From contig NC_086097.1 in the NCBI RefSeq assembly GCF_963921235.1, forward strand, positions 89,034,001 through 89,098,000: a DNA stretch of 64,000 nucleotides, in the 5' to 3' direction. The DNA is from Mobula hypostoma (taxonomy: Eukaryota). Under the pieces are notes generated by a model. It ran no database searches. It saw only the letters and a list, made by a program, of their open reading frames with translations, and was not told where the DNA came from. Below are positions 26,150 to 39,356 of this stretch, piece by piece (the stretch's first letter is position 1; every line of letters starts with the position of its first letter). A program made the position numbers and the translations under genes.

Positions 26150-27000
26150 TATATACTCTCTGCACCATTCATGACCCCTCAGATAGTGAAGCAGTTCATA
26201 CTCAAATCCAGCAGGACTTGGATAATATCCAGGCTTGGACTGACAAATGGTAAGTAACATTTGAGCCACGCAAGTGCCAGGCACTGACCATCTCCAACAA
26301 GAGAGGCTCTAACCATCGTCCCTTGACATTCAGTGGCATCACCATCACTGAATTCCCTACTATCAACATCCTGGGGGTTACCGTAACAGGAAACTGAACT
26401 GGTCTAGCCATATAAACACCACGGCTACCTGAGCAGGTCAAAGGCTAGGAATCCTGTGGCGTGTAACTCATGTACTGACTCCCCAAAGCCTGTCCACCAT
26501 CTACAAGGCTCATGGGATATTCACCACTCACTTGGATGAATGCAGCTCCATCAACACTCAAGAAGCTTGATACCATTCAGTACAAAGCAGCCCAGTTGAT
26601 TGGTACCCCTTCCACAAGCGTCCAATCCCTCCACCATCGATGAACAGTTGCAGCAGTGTGTACTATCTACAAGATGCACTGAAACAACACCCCAAAGTTC
26701 CTAAATCAGCACCTTCCAGACCCACGACTACTACCATCTAGAAGGATGAGAACAGCAGATACCTGGGAACACCACCACTTGGAAATCCCCCTCCAAGTCA
26801 CTCACCATTCTGACTTGGAAAGATATCACCGTTCCTTCATTATCGCTGGGTCAAGATCATGGAATTCCCTCCCTGACAGCACTGCGGGTGTACCTACACC
26901 TCAGGGGCTGCAGCGGTTCAAGAAGGCAGCACATCACCACCTTCGCAAGGGCAATAAATGCTGGCTTAGCTGGTGACACCCACATCTTGTAAATGAATAA
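26150..27000 (+). mobile_element. L2/CR1-group LINE 3' fragment
   Basis: IQQDLDNIQAWTDKW and ...WNSLPDS...GLQRFKKAAHHHL. Tail gggcaataaatgctggc. Confidence 0.75.
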
Positions 27001-28224
27001 TTTTTTTTTAAAAACTTGCCATAAAGACAATGTGATCTTGGTTTATTAGATTTATGCTTAGACTGAATGATGATGCAGTAAGGAAAAATTGCGTCGAGTT
27101 GGCCAGTGCTCACTGGAGTTCAGAAGAATGAAGTCATCTCATTTCCTTTAATTGCCTGTGGACTGTGGGTGTCATCAGTAATGCCCAGGTTGTGGTGAGT
27201 GCCTTCCTGACTGGCTACAGCACTCAGGCACGAGGAAGGGTGGCATGCTGGTCTACTCCTGGCTGCTAATTAGAAGACAAGCACACTGCAGCACTAGTTT
27301 TTGAGGTCAGGTGGCAAATCTATTTCCCTAAAAGATATTAATAAAACAGAAGTTTTATACAGTCACCATCCTAGACCTCATTGTAAACTTACATAATTAA
27401 CTTCATTAACCTCTGTGGCTGCATTGGGAAATTGGAACTGAATATCACTGGACCAATAGTCCAAACCTCTGGAATTTGCAGTTCAGTAACATAAACAATA
27501 TGCTTCTTCCACTCCATGGACAGAGGAGATACTGAGAGGTTAGTCTGTCTGAAATGTCTGAAAGCAGGCAGCAGGATAAGGTATTAGCCATCTGGGACTA
27601 AAATTATTTAATCATTCTTTATCCAAAGCTCTTTTAATCAGAGCCATGGGTCTCCAGTCACTGAATTTATTCATTCGTAGGATGTGTATGCCAGCGACAA
27701 GATCGGAATTTCATGCCCATTTGTAACAGTCCTTGGCCTGAATGTTTCCCGGGCCAGTTTGGGGAGCACTTAATAGTCAGCCACACTCTGCAGTAGCAAA
27801 GGGGCCAGTTGGTGCTTCAGGCCGAGACTCTTCATCAGGACTGAATGTCTCCTAGGTAATCTTGGGGAGCACTTAATAGTCAGCCACACTCTCTGCAAAG
27901 AGGTCAGACTGGATGGGCCCAGCAAGGAATTAGTTCCTATGATAGTATGTAACCTCATGCAACATTTATTCTTATCCATAGATGCTGCTTGGCCTGCTGA
28001 GTTCATCCAACATTTTGTGTGTATTACTTTGATTTCCAGCATCTGCAGATTTTCTCGTTTGTCATCACAGTTAAAGCATTTTTTCATTAATGGAAGAAGG
28101 AAATGGATTGCTTCTTGTTATGACCCAGCCTTCAGAAGTTCTGACATAAGACAGTGAGGGAATGGGATGAACATAAGAGGGAGATACAGCTCCTTCCTTT
28201 GTTTTTTTTTTGTTCCTTGGAAAA

Positions 28225-28840
28225 GATGCGTGGTGGAGAGTATATTGGCTGGCTGCATCACAGCCTACTATAGAATCACCAATGCTCTTGAACTGAAAAT
28301 CCTACAAAAAGTAGTGGATACGGCAGTCCATCATGGGTAAAACCCTCCCCACCATTGAGCACATTTACACGAAGCGTTATTGCAAGAAAGCAGCATCCAT
28401 CATTAGAGTTACCCAGCACCCAGACCACGCTCTCTTCTCACTGCTGCCATCAGGAAGGTGGTATGGGAGCCTCAGAACTCACACCACCAGGTTCAGGAAC
28501 AATTATTACCCCTCAACTATCAGGCTCTTGAACCAAAGGGGATAACTTCACTCAACTTCACTTGCCCCATCGTTGAAATGTTTCCATCCCCTATGGATTC
28601 ACTTTCAAGGGCTCTTCATCTCATGTTCCCGATATTTATTGCTTATTTATTTACTATTATCATTTCTTTCTTTCTTGCATTTTCCCAGTTTCTTGTCTTT
28701 TGTACACTGGTTGAACACCCAGTCTGGTGTGGTCTTTCATTGATTCTGTTATGGTTATTATTCTAGTATGGATTTATTAAGTATGCTTGCAAGAAAATGA
28801 ATCTTGGGTTGTATATGGTGACATATAGTATATGTACTTT
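28225..28840 (+). mobile_element. Rex1/L2-like LINE 3' fragment
   Basis: ORF 28333-28545 HPDHALFSLLPSGRWYGSLRTHTTRFRNNYYP. Confidence 0.8.
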
Positions 28841-29148
28841 GAACAAAGTGGCAATGCGTGACATTGTTCAGGAGTCTTCGCATTATGAATGACCTGACTT
28901 ACAGATACCCAACTTTAGGCAATTTAAAGCATTTTCAAGCTAGTAATAATAAATATAAAATCATTTGTGTTACTTATTAATGGTTGGATACACTATATAT
29001 TCCATTAATTTAATTATGTGTAATATTAATCAATAAATTGAAAGAATTATAAGAATTGTACGTAGAACAATATGATATGGCTTGTAATAGAAAAGAGGCT
29101 TTTCTCACTAATGGAGAAATTGGCTTATAGGCAATTCTCAGGAGAGGA

Positions 29149-30332
29149 ACACACACAAGATGCTGAAGGAACTCAGCAGGTCAGGCAGCATCCATGGAAA
29201 TGAACAAAGGGCTGATGTTTCAGGTCGAGATCCTTTTCAGGACTGGAAAGGAAGGGTGAAGACACCAGAATAAAAAGGTCAGATGAGGGTAAGAGGAATA
29301 GCTAGGCAGTGATAGATGAAGCCAGATGGGTGAGAAAGGTCAAGGCTGGAGAGGAGAGTGGACCATAGGAGAAAGGGAAGGAGGAGGGGAACTAGGGGGA
29401 GGTGCTAGGCAGGTGAGAAGAGGTAAAAGGCCAGAGTGGGGAATAAAAGAAGAGGGAAGGGAAAGGGATTTTTTTTAAACCAGGAAGAGAAATTGATATT
29501 CATGGCATCAAGTTGGAGACTATCCAGAGAGAGTACAAGGTGTAGCTCCTCCACCCCAAGGGCGTCCTCATTGCGGCACCAGAGGCGTCCATAGACCGAC
29601 GTGTTGGAACAGGAATGGTAATTGGAATTAAAATGTTGCGCCACTGGGAAGTTCTCTTTGGCGGATGGAACGGCGGTGCTCAATGAAGCGTTCCCCCAGC
29701 CTCACCAATGTACAGAAGGCCACATAAGGAGTTCAATAAATACATTAGATGACCCCAGCTGATTCGCAGGTGGGGTGTTGCCTCACTTCGAAGGACTGTT
29801 TGGGGCCCTGAATTGAGGTGAGGGAGGAGGTAAAGTGGCAGGTGTAGGACACTGGTTGCTTGCAGGGATAACTGCCGGGAGGGAGGTTAGTGGGAAGGGA
29901 TGAATGTGCCAGGAGGGAGATGAGGAAAGGAACCTTGCTTAACTCTGGGAATGCCTGTGATTGAGTTGCTGTGTAAAGCTTCAGTTTCACCCAGGACTCA
30001 AGAAGAACACACTTGCTCTTTTCCCAATAACATTTAGGAACTCAGCAGGTCAGGCAGCATCTATGGAGAGAAATAAACTGTTGGCGATTTGGTCTGAGAC
30101 CCATCATCAGGACTGGAAAGAAAGGGGGAAAGAAGGAAGAACAAGACGTTGGGTGAGGGGAAGCTGTACAGACTGGCAGGTGAAAAATGACACCTGGTGG
30201 AAGGGTGGAGAGGGTGGGGGAGGATGAAGTAAGAAGCTAGGGTGTGATAGGTGGAAGAGATAAAGAGGTGAAGAAGAAAGAGTTTGATAGGAAAGAACAA
30301 TAGATCATGGAAGAAGGGGAATACGATGGTTC
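29149..30332 (-). mobile_element. Decayed Penelope-like fragments (GIY-YIG remnant; two pLTR pieces at about 29149 and 30037)
   Basis: PGSYPCK...GPKQSFEVRQHPTCESAGVI and PVAQHFNS. Degenerate hammerhead cores near 29220-29245 and 30085-30115. Confidence 0.75.
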
Positions 30333-33300
30333 TCATTTACGATATTTAATACATACCCAGACCAGCCTTACTTTAGCAGCTTGCCCCAGTGTGAGTGGAT
30401 ATGGAAAGGGTGGCAGTGGAGGATGACCCTTTATCAGGGACATTATGGGACAGTTTTCCATTCAGTTTGAATGAAGAGAGATTAAACCAGGAGTTAAACC
30501 ATCTAGTAATTTTTAGCATAGCAAACTATTGCAAATGTCTGTTTTACAATTTTGTTGTTTTTAAATAACAAAATAGGAGGCAATTCAGCCCATTATGTCA
30601 CTGCTAGCTCTTTGAAAAAGGCTGCCCAATCTCTCCTATTTCCCCACTTCTTGCAAAATTTTCTTTTCCAGTCCTCCTCTGAAGCTGATTTCAAAACTTA
30701 ATCTTAAATCTGCTTTTGTTATCAGTGCATTCAAGACCATGAAAAGTTTCGCCATTAAAAATAAATTATCTCCTTGTTACCTCTCTGTCTTTGTAGCCAA
30801 TTATTTTTAAAGAATCATGCACTTCCAGCATTCACACTGAAGTGAGCTCCTCCAGCGTTTTATGTGTGTTGCACAATGGTTGACTTAGGTCAGTGTCGTA
30901 GAAGCTGGTACCAAATGTCATCCTGCAACATGAATGAACACAGGTCTCCACTAATGGCTTTCACCCTGTGAATCTCATCTTCAGCAGGATTCGCTGTCTC
31001 TGGCTGCTCATCACTTCATGCATCTTCAGCTCACTGACAGCAGGAAAGTGCAGGAAGACCATGACAGGGATGCCGATGACAAGGAGAAATGCAAATGGAG
31101 GCTCTAAATTGACGCACTCCCATTTCTTACCATCGTGACGGCCTTAGCAACACACATGCTACCTAGTGTCCTGGTGGCTGGGTAAGGTGCTGCAATGGTC
31201 CTGAGGCCAGAGGCCCCACGGGATCCAAGACCAGAGGACACTGGCTAAAAGTAACTTGCCTGTCCTAAACCAGATCTGAGCAGTTCCCCTCCACCTCCGC
31301 TAAGGACACAGAAATTACCCCATTACAGGAAGAAGCGTGGTCTCCATCTGCCCAAAGTTAATTGCTAGCATTCAGTCCTTCGTACTGACAAAGGAAAAAA
31401 TATTTGCTGATGCCACTGCCTGGAATGGATTATATTTGACTACTGATCTTCCAAAATTGTGGAATAGATTGACACTGATCAGTGGGTCATGCACAGTTGT
31501 TTGCAGAATGCAAGTGGGAAGGTCAATCTAGCATTGAGGTGTGGGTTGTGTGGACTAATAAACTTTACAGTGATGGGGACATTCCATCCAGCAACACTAT
31601 TTTCTTTGCTCTTTCTCAACTGAAGGGGCTCTACTCTTTAGATTTGCTCCAATTCTTGGTGCTTCTCAGTTTTCTGCAGTGAGCAGTCGACACTCACCAT
31701 TTCGGAAAGCCTGGCTGTTGGAAATTTGAAGGAGGGCTCTGGGTAGGTCCAGAAATTGAAGGCTTGGCCTGACTCTGACGAGCTCAGTGAGATATTTATT
31801 GATGAATATGAAGCTTTAGCTGGTCGGTATTGGATCTCCTCAGTGGGTTTCCCAATTACTGTTATCAACCTTCATTACTGGTATGTCCCATGTTCCCAGA
31901 CAGCTAGCCAGGTGTACATTAGCAAGGGCGAACATGAAGGCTAAGGCAAAGCAGGATATTAGCATCATGGCAATGTCCTGTGTCATAGACCTACTGCACG
32001 TGATGCAGTGGAAACCCTATAGTTGACAAACACTCCTGAGACAAGCAGGGGAGGTACAAGAGCAATGAGCCCATTCAGTCTCTAGGTCACCTCTTCTTAT
32101 GGGACTCATTGCAAGCACTTTTAAATTGGCCATTTGTCACCTGCCTTGTGCACTAGCAGGATCTCGGAGAGCCTGTGGGATCTCAAGAGACATTGGTACA
32201 ATCCTAGAGTGATCCCAAGGGATGGAACTTAAGGATGCAGGTAACCTTGATGGCCGCTGGCAAAGCACGGCCACCAGATCCAGCAGATGACAACACATGG
32301 TCCAGTTGGCTGCAGGTAGGTACCACCACTGGCCATGTTACTGAGTCTTCCAGAGACACCGGTGTCCAGACCACTGGCTGGTTTAGCTTCCTGTCAGCTC
32401 CTCTCCTCTGCTGACCCTCTCTGGACATCCACAGGTATCAGGAAGCAGCCAAATCAGTCTCCACTAGGTGCATGCACAGTGCTGCAGAGTTAGCAGTGAC
32501 CAAGGTAGTCTGACCACAATGAGCTGTAAGTTGCAAAGAATGCAGGGGCACTGCCAAAGTTTGGGAAGTGAACTAAAGAATTTACAAATTCTCAAGTAAA
32601 TTCCAACAAAACACTCATGTGCTCTCTTTGCATGTGTCTGCAAGGAATACCTTTCCCTCCATCACTGCAGAAAGCAGCTGGGAGGCCCTGGGGTTTAGGG
32701 CTGGACCCACCTATCAACTCTTCATTCTCCCTCTGATGCTGCTGTACTCTCTCGGCTTCACTACGGAGTCCTGGGAGGCTCAGGAAATCCCCAGCTCCTG
32801 TCATTGTCATTCATGATGGGTGACTATGTCAAAACTACCAATATCCCCTGCTCGTGGAGTGATCCCGTACACAGCCCAATTAAGACACAAAGGCCAATGG
32901 GCTAAGGTTTTCTCGAAAGAGCACCTTCACTGTACACTTAACCAGAGCCCCAACCCCACTCTCTCACAATGAAACAGAATCACAGAATAATTATGTAACA
33001 GGTGATGAGACTGTTCAGCCCTTCCAGTCCTTACCAGCCCCGTGTAAGCACAATCCAGATAGTCCCACACTCTATTACGTCCCTGTGCCGCTGAAAATTC
33101 TTTCCTTTCAGGTACTTAATTGGTACTTGATGGTCATCTTCAACTTATTGAGCTATAAGTTCTGTATGAACTCCTTTCTGTATGACTCTGTCTTCTGTCA
33201 TAGAGCAAAGCAAGTTGCAAACAACAAATAGGCTTCCGACTTTGGATCCTGAGGCCCTTCCCCTAGAACACCTAACAGACTCAGCATCATGTGTAGGTAA

Positions 33301-33799
33301 TTGTCCTTTCGAGAGTCTAGTAAATGAAATTACTTAATCTAATCATGTTAAGTACCTGCCTGCAATATAATTTGTTTTCTTCTTGTACATTCACCACATA
33401 ACAGCAGCTTTCCCATCATTTATTTACCAAGGGACACATCATTCATGAAAACAGTAACCACTTACATTGACATGTCGCAAGGCATAGCCCCATTATCAGG
33501 CATTAGGCATTAGCTCAGAGACAAATTTCAACACTTGCTTGCTTTGTATGCTTGGAAAATTTCAGTGGGTTGCTGCAGGAGCTGACTTTTTTTTTGTGAA
33601 GATCTGGTCCAAAATCCCTCGCTGATTTTCTGAGTAACTCAGACTCACAATTGCATTCTTTAGCATGGACATGAATTCAGATCAACACATCCAATGTAGA
33701 GCTAAGAAGAATTAAGCCAAAGCTCCAGGATATCTTCCTGAAGCCTATTAAGGTAGAGACATGGTTTGGACTGATTGAATATAAGTGATTACATCATGG

Positions 33800-34170
33800 T
33801 CTGCTATGGAAATTCATAGAAACATAAGAAACTGCAGAGAACAGTAGATTCAGCCCTATACTTCACAGGTACCTCCCTCTGCACCATCAGTAGTATCTAC
33901 AGTAGGCGTTGCCTCAGGAAGGAAACATTAATCAAAGATCTTCACCATCTGGGCCATGCCATCTTCTTGCAGCTACTATCAGGCAGGAGACAGAGAAGCC
34001 TGAAATCCCACATGACCAGGTTCAAGAACAGCAACTTCCCTTCAACCTTTCAGCTCTTGAACCAACTTGCACAACCCCAATCACTACATCACAATGACCA
34101 TAAAACACTACAATAGACTTTTTTTTGGCTATTTTTTAAAATATAAATATCGTGCATAATTTATGCCTTG
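33800..34170 (+). mobile_element. Decayed Rex1/L2-like LINE 3' fragment
   Basis: ggccatgccatcttcttgcagctactatcaggcaggaga...aggttcaagaacagcaacttccc. Confidence 0.6.
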
Positions 34171-34219
34171 AGTTAAGCTTTGCTGATCATTTTTATCAGG
34201 TGAGCTTTTATACTATTAA

Positions 34220-34475
34220 CCCTGCCATGGATGGTAACAAGCCCGGCTGTGGAAGGAGGAAGGTCAGGCATGGGGCCAGCAAACCCATCCCATAAAAAGC
34301 CAGAGCTGCAGAAATGCCAGCAGAAGCTTTAAAGACCTCATTCCTGGGAGAGCAAGGATCCTCAAAGCTGGGCTACACCTGGGGACAACTTGAAATACTG
34401 GCCCAGGACAGAGGACTCCGGAGAGCGGCTGATGGTGGTCTACGGCCCAGTAGAGGTGATAGGGTTAAGCAAGTC
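34220..34475 (+). mobile_element. RTE-like LINE terminal fragment
   Basis: LGYTWGQLEILAQDRGLRRAADGGL resembles the RTE C-terminal W..L...AQDR..WR motif. Confidence 0.55.
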
Positions 34476-34764
34476 AGAGATTTTACCCTGTGTGAGATGA
34501 CCAAAGATGGTGAGGCCATGTTCAAACCACATTTTACATTCAGTCTTCAGCTCCTTCCCCTACTACTCTGTTGGCAATCAGTCCCATTGTATCCCCTGTA
34601 TATCTCATTTGAAATCCTTAGGACCGTTCTACAATTTCACCACAGACCAACCTCATCCTGCACCCCCATTTAACCTATGTGTTTGACCTCCTTTGACTCA
34701 TTCCCAATTTTACCACAACCCTTCTTCACCAAGCCTTGCAGATCTGCTGGTACATGCCGGGGTT

Positions 34765-37700
34765 TATGGAGTTATAGAAAAGTACAGCACAGAACCATAA
34801 CCTTTAGTACATCTTGACTATGCTGAACCACTCCTATCAACCTGCACCTAGAACATACCTCTCCCATCCATCTTAAACATTGAAATCGAGCTTGCGTGAA
34901 CCACTTGCACTGACAGCTTGTTCCACACTCTCATGATCCTCAAAGTGAAGAATCCAGATCAACCTAACCAGTGTAGAGCTAACAAGAACGAATCCAGAGC
35001 TCCAGATTAACTTCCCGAAGCCTATTAAGACTATAAACTTTTCACCTCTCACTCTTAACCCATGACCTCTAGTTGTAGTCCCACCCAACCTCAGTGGAAA
35101 AATCCTCCTTGCATTTATCATCTACAGCCCTCATAATTTTGTACACCTCTATCAAATCTCCCCTCAGTCCTCTATGTCCAAGGAATAAAGCCTCAACCTA
35201 TTCAATCTTTCCTCATAATTCAGGTCCTCCAGTCCCGGCAAAATCCTTGCAAATTTCCTCTGTACTCTTTTAACGTTATTTACATCCTTCCTGTAGGTAG
35301 GTGACCAAAACCATACACAATACTCCAAATTAGGCCTCACCAACATATTACACAACTTCAACATAATATCCCATCTCCTGTACTCAGTACATTGATTTAT
35401 GAAGGCCAATGTGACAAAAGCTTTCCTTGCGACACTGTCTACCTGTGCCACCACTTTCAATCAACTATGGACCTGTATTTCCAGATCTCTTTGTTCTACT
35501 GCACTCCTCAGTGCCCTACCCTTCACTGTATAAGACCTACCATGGTTGGCCCTACCAAACTGCAGCAACTATCACTCGTCTGCATTAAATTCCATCTCCC
35601 ATTTTTCTAGCTGGTCCAGATCCCACTGCAAGCACTGATAGTTTTCCTCACTATCCACTACACCCTCAATCTTGGTGTCATCCACAAATTTGAGGATCCA
35701 GTTAACCACATTATCATCCAGAACATTGATATATGTGACAAAGAGCAATGGACCAGAATTGGTCTTTGCAGGCCTCCACTAGTCAAAGGCCTCCAGTCAG
35801 AGAGGCAACCATCTGCTGCCACTCTCTGGTTTCTCTAATCGAGCCAATGGCTAATCTCATTTACTATCACATCTTGAATGCCAAGCGAATGAACCTTCTT
35901 TATCAACCTCTCAGGTGAGATTTTGTTGAATGCCTTACTAAAGTCCATGTAGACAACACCCACTGCCTTGCCTTCATCAGCTTTCCTGCTAACTTCCTCA
36001 AAAAACTATATGATAGGTTAGACGCGACCTACCGCTCACAAAGCCATGCTGACGATCCCTAGTCAGTCCATGTCTATCCAAGTTCTTATATATCCAGTGC
36101 CTTAGAATTACTACTGTTGTCAGACTATAATTTCCTACTTTATTTTTAAAGCCTTTCTTAAACAGCAGAACAATTGTCCTCCTATCCTTGGGTGCCTCAC
36201 CTGTCGGTAAGGATGATTTAAATATCTCTGCTAGAGCCCCTGCAATTTCTACACTTGCCTCCCAAAGGGTCCAAGGGAACACCTTGTCAGGTCCTGGGGA
36301 TTTATCCACCCTAATTTGCCTTATGACAACAAACAGCTCCTCCTCTGCAATCTGCTGCTTTGGCCCACTTCAATAGACTCTGTGTCTTATCTCTTAAGTA
36401 ACTACAGTTCCAAAAAATCCATTTAACATCTCCCCCATCTCTTTTGGCTCCACGCATAGAAAGGACCAATTTTGTCCCTTGCAATCCGTTTGCTCTTAGC
36501 ATATCTGTAGAATCCCTTAGGATTCTCCTTCACCTTGACTTCTAAGGCAAACTTGTGCCTTCTTTTGGCCCTCCTGAATTTTTTTCTTAAGTATTCTCTT
36601 GCATTTCTTATACTCATTTGTTCTTACCTGCCTATACCTGCTATGTACCTCCTTTTTTCTTAACTAGGGCCTCAACATGTCTTGAAAACCAAGGTTCCCT
36701 ACACCTGTTATCTCTCCCTTTTATTCATACAGGCACATACAAGCTTTTCACTCTCAAAATTTCACTGTTGAAGGCCTCCCACTTACCAGTTACACATTTG
36801 CCAGAAAACAGCCTTTCCCAATCCACACTTGCCAGGCCCTTTCTGATCCCATCAAGATTGGCCTTTCTCCAATTCAACGTCCTAACCTGTGGACCAAACT
36901 TACAGTATCTTCTACTTATTTACTTTGAAACTAATGGCATTGTAATCACTAGATGAAAAGCGTTCCCCTACACAAAGTTCTGTCACCTGCCCTGTCTAAC
37001 TCCCTAATAGCAGATCAAGTATTACATACTCTCTGTTGGGACTTCTATGCATTGACTAAGGAAATTTCCTGAACACATTTGACAAACTCAATCCCATCTA
37101 ATCCTTGTATAGTATGGGAGTCCCAGTCAATATGTAGAAAGTTAAAATCATCCACTATAACAATCTTACATTTCTTGCAACAATCTGTGGTCTCTCTACA
37201 AATTTGATCCTCTAAATTCCACAGACTGGTGGGTAGTCTATAATATAGCCCCATTAACATGGTCATCCCTTTCTTATTCCTCAGTTCCACCCATAAAACC
37301 TCAATAGACGAGTCCTCCAGTCTGTCCTGACTGAGCACTACTGTGATATTTTCCCTGCCTGGCAACACCACCCCTCTCCCTTTAATTCCTCCCACTCTGT
37401 CACGTCTAAAACAATGGAACCGCAGAATACTGAGCTGCTGGTCCTGTCCCTCCTGCAATCAAGTGTCACCAATGGCTAAGATAACATAATTCTATGTTCT
37501 GATCCATGCCCTAAGCTCATCTGCCTTTCCTACAATATTTCTTGCATTGAAATGTTTGCAGCTCAGGACATTAATTGCACCATGCTCAACCTTTTGATTC
37601 CTGACTTTGTCTGAGATCTTGCCAATAACTGTCTCTGTCTCCACTATCTGTTCTGGCACTCTGGTTCTCATCTCCCTGCAACTCTAGTTTTAAACCCCCC

Positions 37701-38190
37701 TCCCAGTGCAGCACTAGCAAACCTTCCCACTAGGATATTAGTCCCCCTACAGCTCACGTGCAAACTGTCTCTTCTGTAGAGGTACCTGCCTGGAAGAGTC
37801 CAATGATCTAACAATCTGACGCCCTCCCTCTTACACCGGCTTCTTAGCGGTTGTTAAATTGTATGGTCTCCCTATTTCTGGCCTCACTAGCATATGGCAT
37901 GCTTAGCAATCCTGAGATCACAACCCTGGAGGTCCCGTCCTTTAGCTTAGCACCTAACTCCATGAACTGCCTTTGCTGAACCTCATCATCCTTCCTCCCC
38001 ACCCATGTCATTGATGCCTACATGGACCACATCCTTTGGCAGATCAACCTCCTAATGGCCAAGACTTGATCTGAGATGTCCTGGATCCTGGCAAATGGGA
38101 GGCAACATACCATTAGGGATTCTTGCTATTGTCCACAAAGCCTCCTTTTTGTTCCCCTGACTAACGAATTCCTATCACCATCTTTTCTCA
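34765..38190 (-). mobile_element. Long decayed CR1 LINE (ORF1 remnant plus ORF2 EN/RT)
   Basis: APE motifs LWVELRNKKG...GLYYR...DFNF (37045-37458), KSPGPD...QHGFVSGRS (35998-36309) and LVRPNLEYCVWFWSP (35164-35460). Many stops and frameshifts. Confidence 0.9.
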
Positions 38191-38880
38191 TGATGTGGAG
38201 GTCCCCGATCACATGTAATGGATGCTACTGAAATACAAATAATCAGTGTAAATTCATGCGCATTTCATTCCAGCTCCTAAACTGTATTTAGCCATATTCA
38301 TTCCCATTCACTGTCTTCATACAGTCATGCAGTCAACTGATGGGATCTGCTCCTTGTGAGAAATATTGGGTACATTGCTAGTCAGCACTTGATTGGGCAT
38401 ATTCCATACCTGATCCTAATTAGATACTTCAATAGAAGCTATTTACGCTTCATACTTAATTGCTCCCATTTCACATTTGTGCCCAGTTCCACACATTTCG
38501 ACACATTTGGTTCAATCCATTCTCAATCAATGTCTGACTGAATCCAATTACTAAGCAGCATCTGCCGGAATGCTTGACCAAACCACTCAATCCATTCCTG
38601 GTTAACATCTCTTCGCATCCATTCACAGATCTAACTAAATCCATTCAGAATCACTATCCAACTGAATACAGTACTTAACTGCTTTGAAGTTATTTCAAAT
38701 CCCTTTCTCAATTTGTGATTAACCAGGTTGAAATGGTTTGTTACTGGCTGATGGTTCCCAATTAATATTAGAGCTTGTGTACATCTATTTCTATCTATGG
38801 TGTTATTACATTAACAAGGCTTGATTTGACAACTTCATATTCTGAACTACAAATTTCACTTCATCTGGTCAAACTACGAT

Positions 38881-39356
38881 CAGTGGCCACTTTGTTAGGT
38901 ATTCATGCTTGTTAATGCAAATATCTAATCAGCCAATCATGTGGCAGCAACTCAATAAAAGCATGAAGATGTGGTCAGGAGGTTCAGTTGTTGGTCAGAC
39001 CGAACATCAGAGTGGGGAAGAAATGTAATCTAGGTGATTTTAACCATGGAATGATTGTTGGTGTCCGACGAGGTGGTTTGGGTATCTCAGAAACTGCTGA
39101 CCTCCTGGGGTTTTTGCACACAATAGTATCTAGTTTACAGAGAATTGTGTGAGCAGCAGTTCTGTGGGCAAAAACACCTTTTTAATGAGAGAGGTCAGAG
39201 GAAAATGGCCAAGATGAAAGACAACAATAACTCTAACATCCAGGCATTACAACAGTGACATGCAGAAGAACATCTCTGAACACACATCACGTCAGGGCTA
39301 CAGCAGTAGAAGATCACATATAGGAATACAAGGAATAGCTAATAAAATTGCCACTG
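38881..39356. mobile_element. Tc1/mariner-derived non-autonomous element
   Basis: TIRs cagtggccactttgttagg / ctaataaaattgccactg. Internal HTH-like remnant DFNHGMIVGVRRGGLGISETA. Sibling in the opposite orientation at 49762-50305. Confidence 0.75.

Noticed and set aside
31638..31868. ORF containing KPTEE, like the PPP1R14 exon 3/4 junction
   Set aside because: In the family this motif is split by an intron, and the surrounding sequence has no similarity, so it is likely chance.
33670..33742. Possible C/D snoRNA (ATGA...CTGA)
   Set aside because: The C box does not fit RUGAUGA, there is no terminal stem, and the second copy lacks CTGA.
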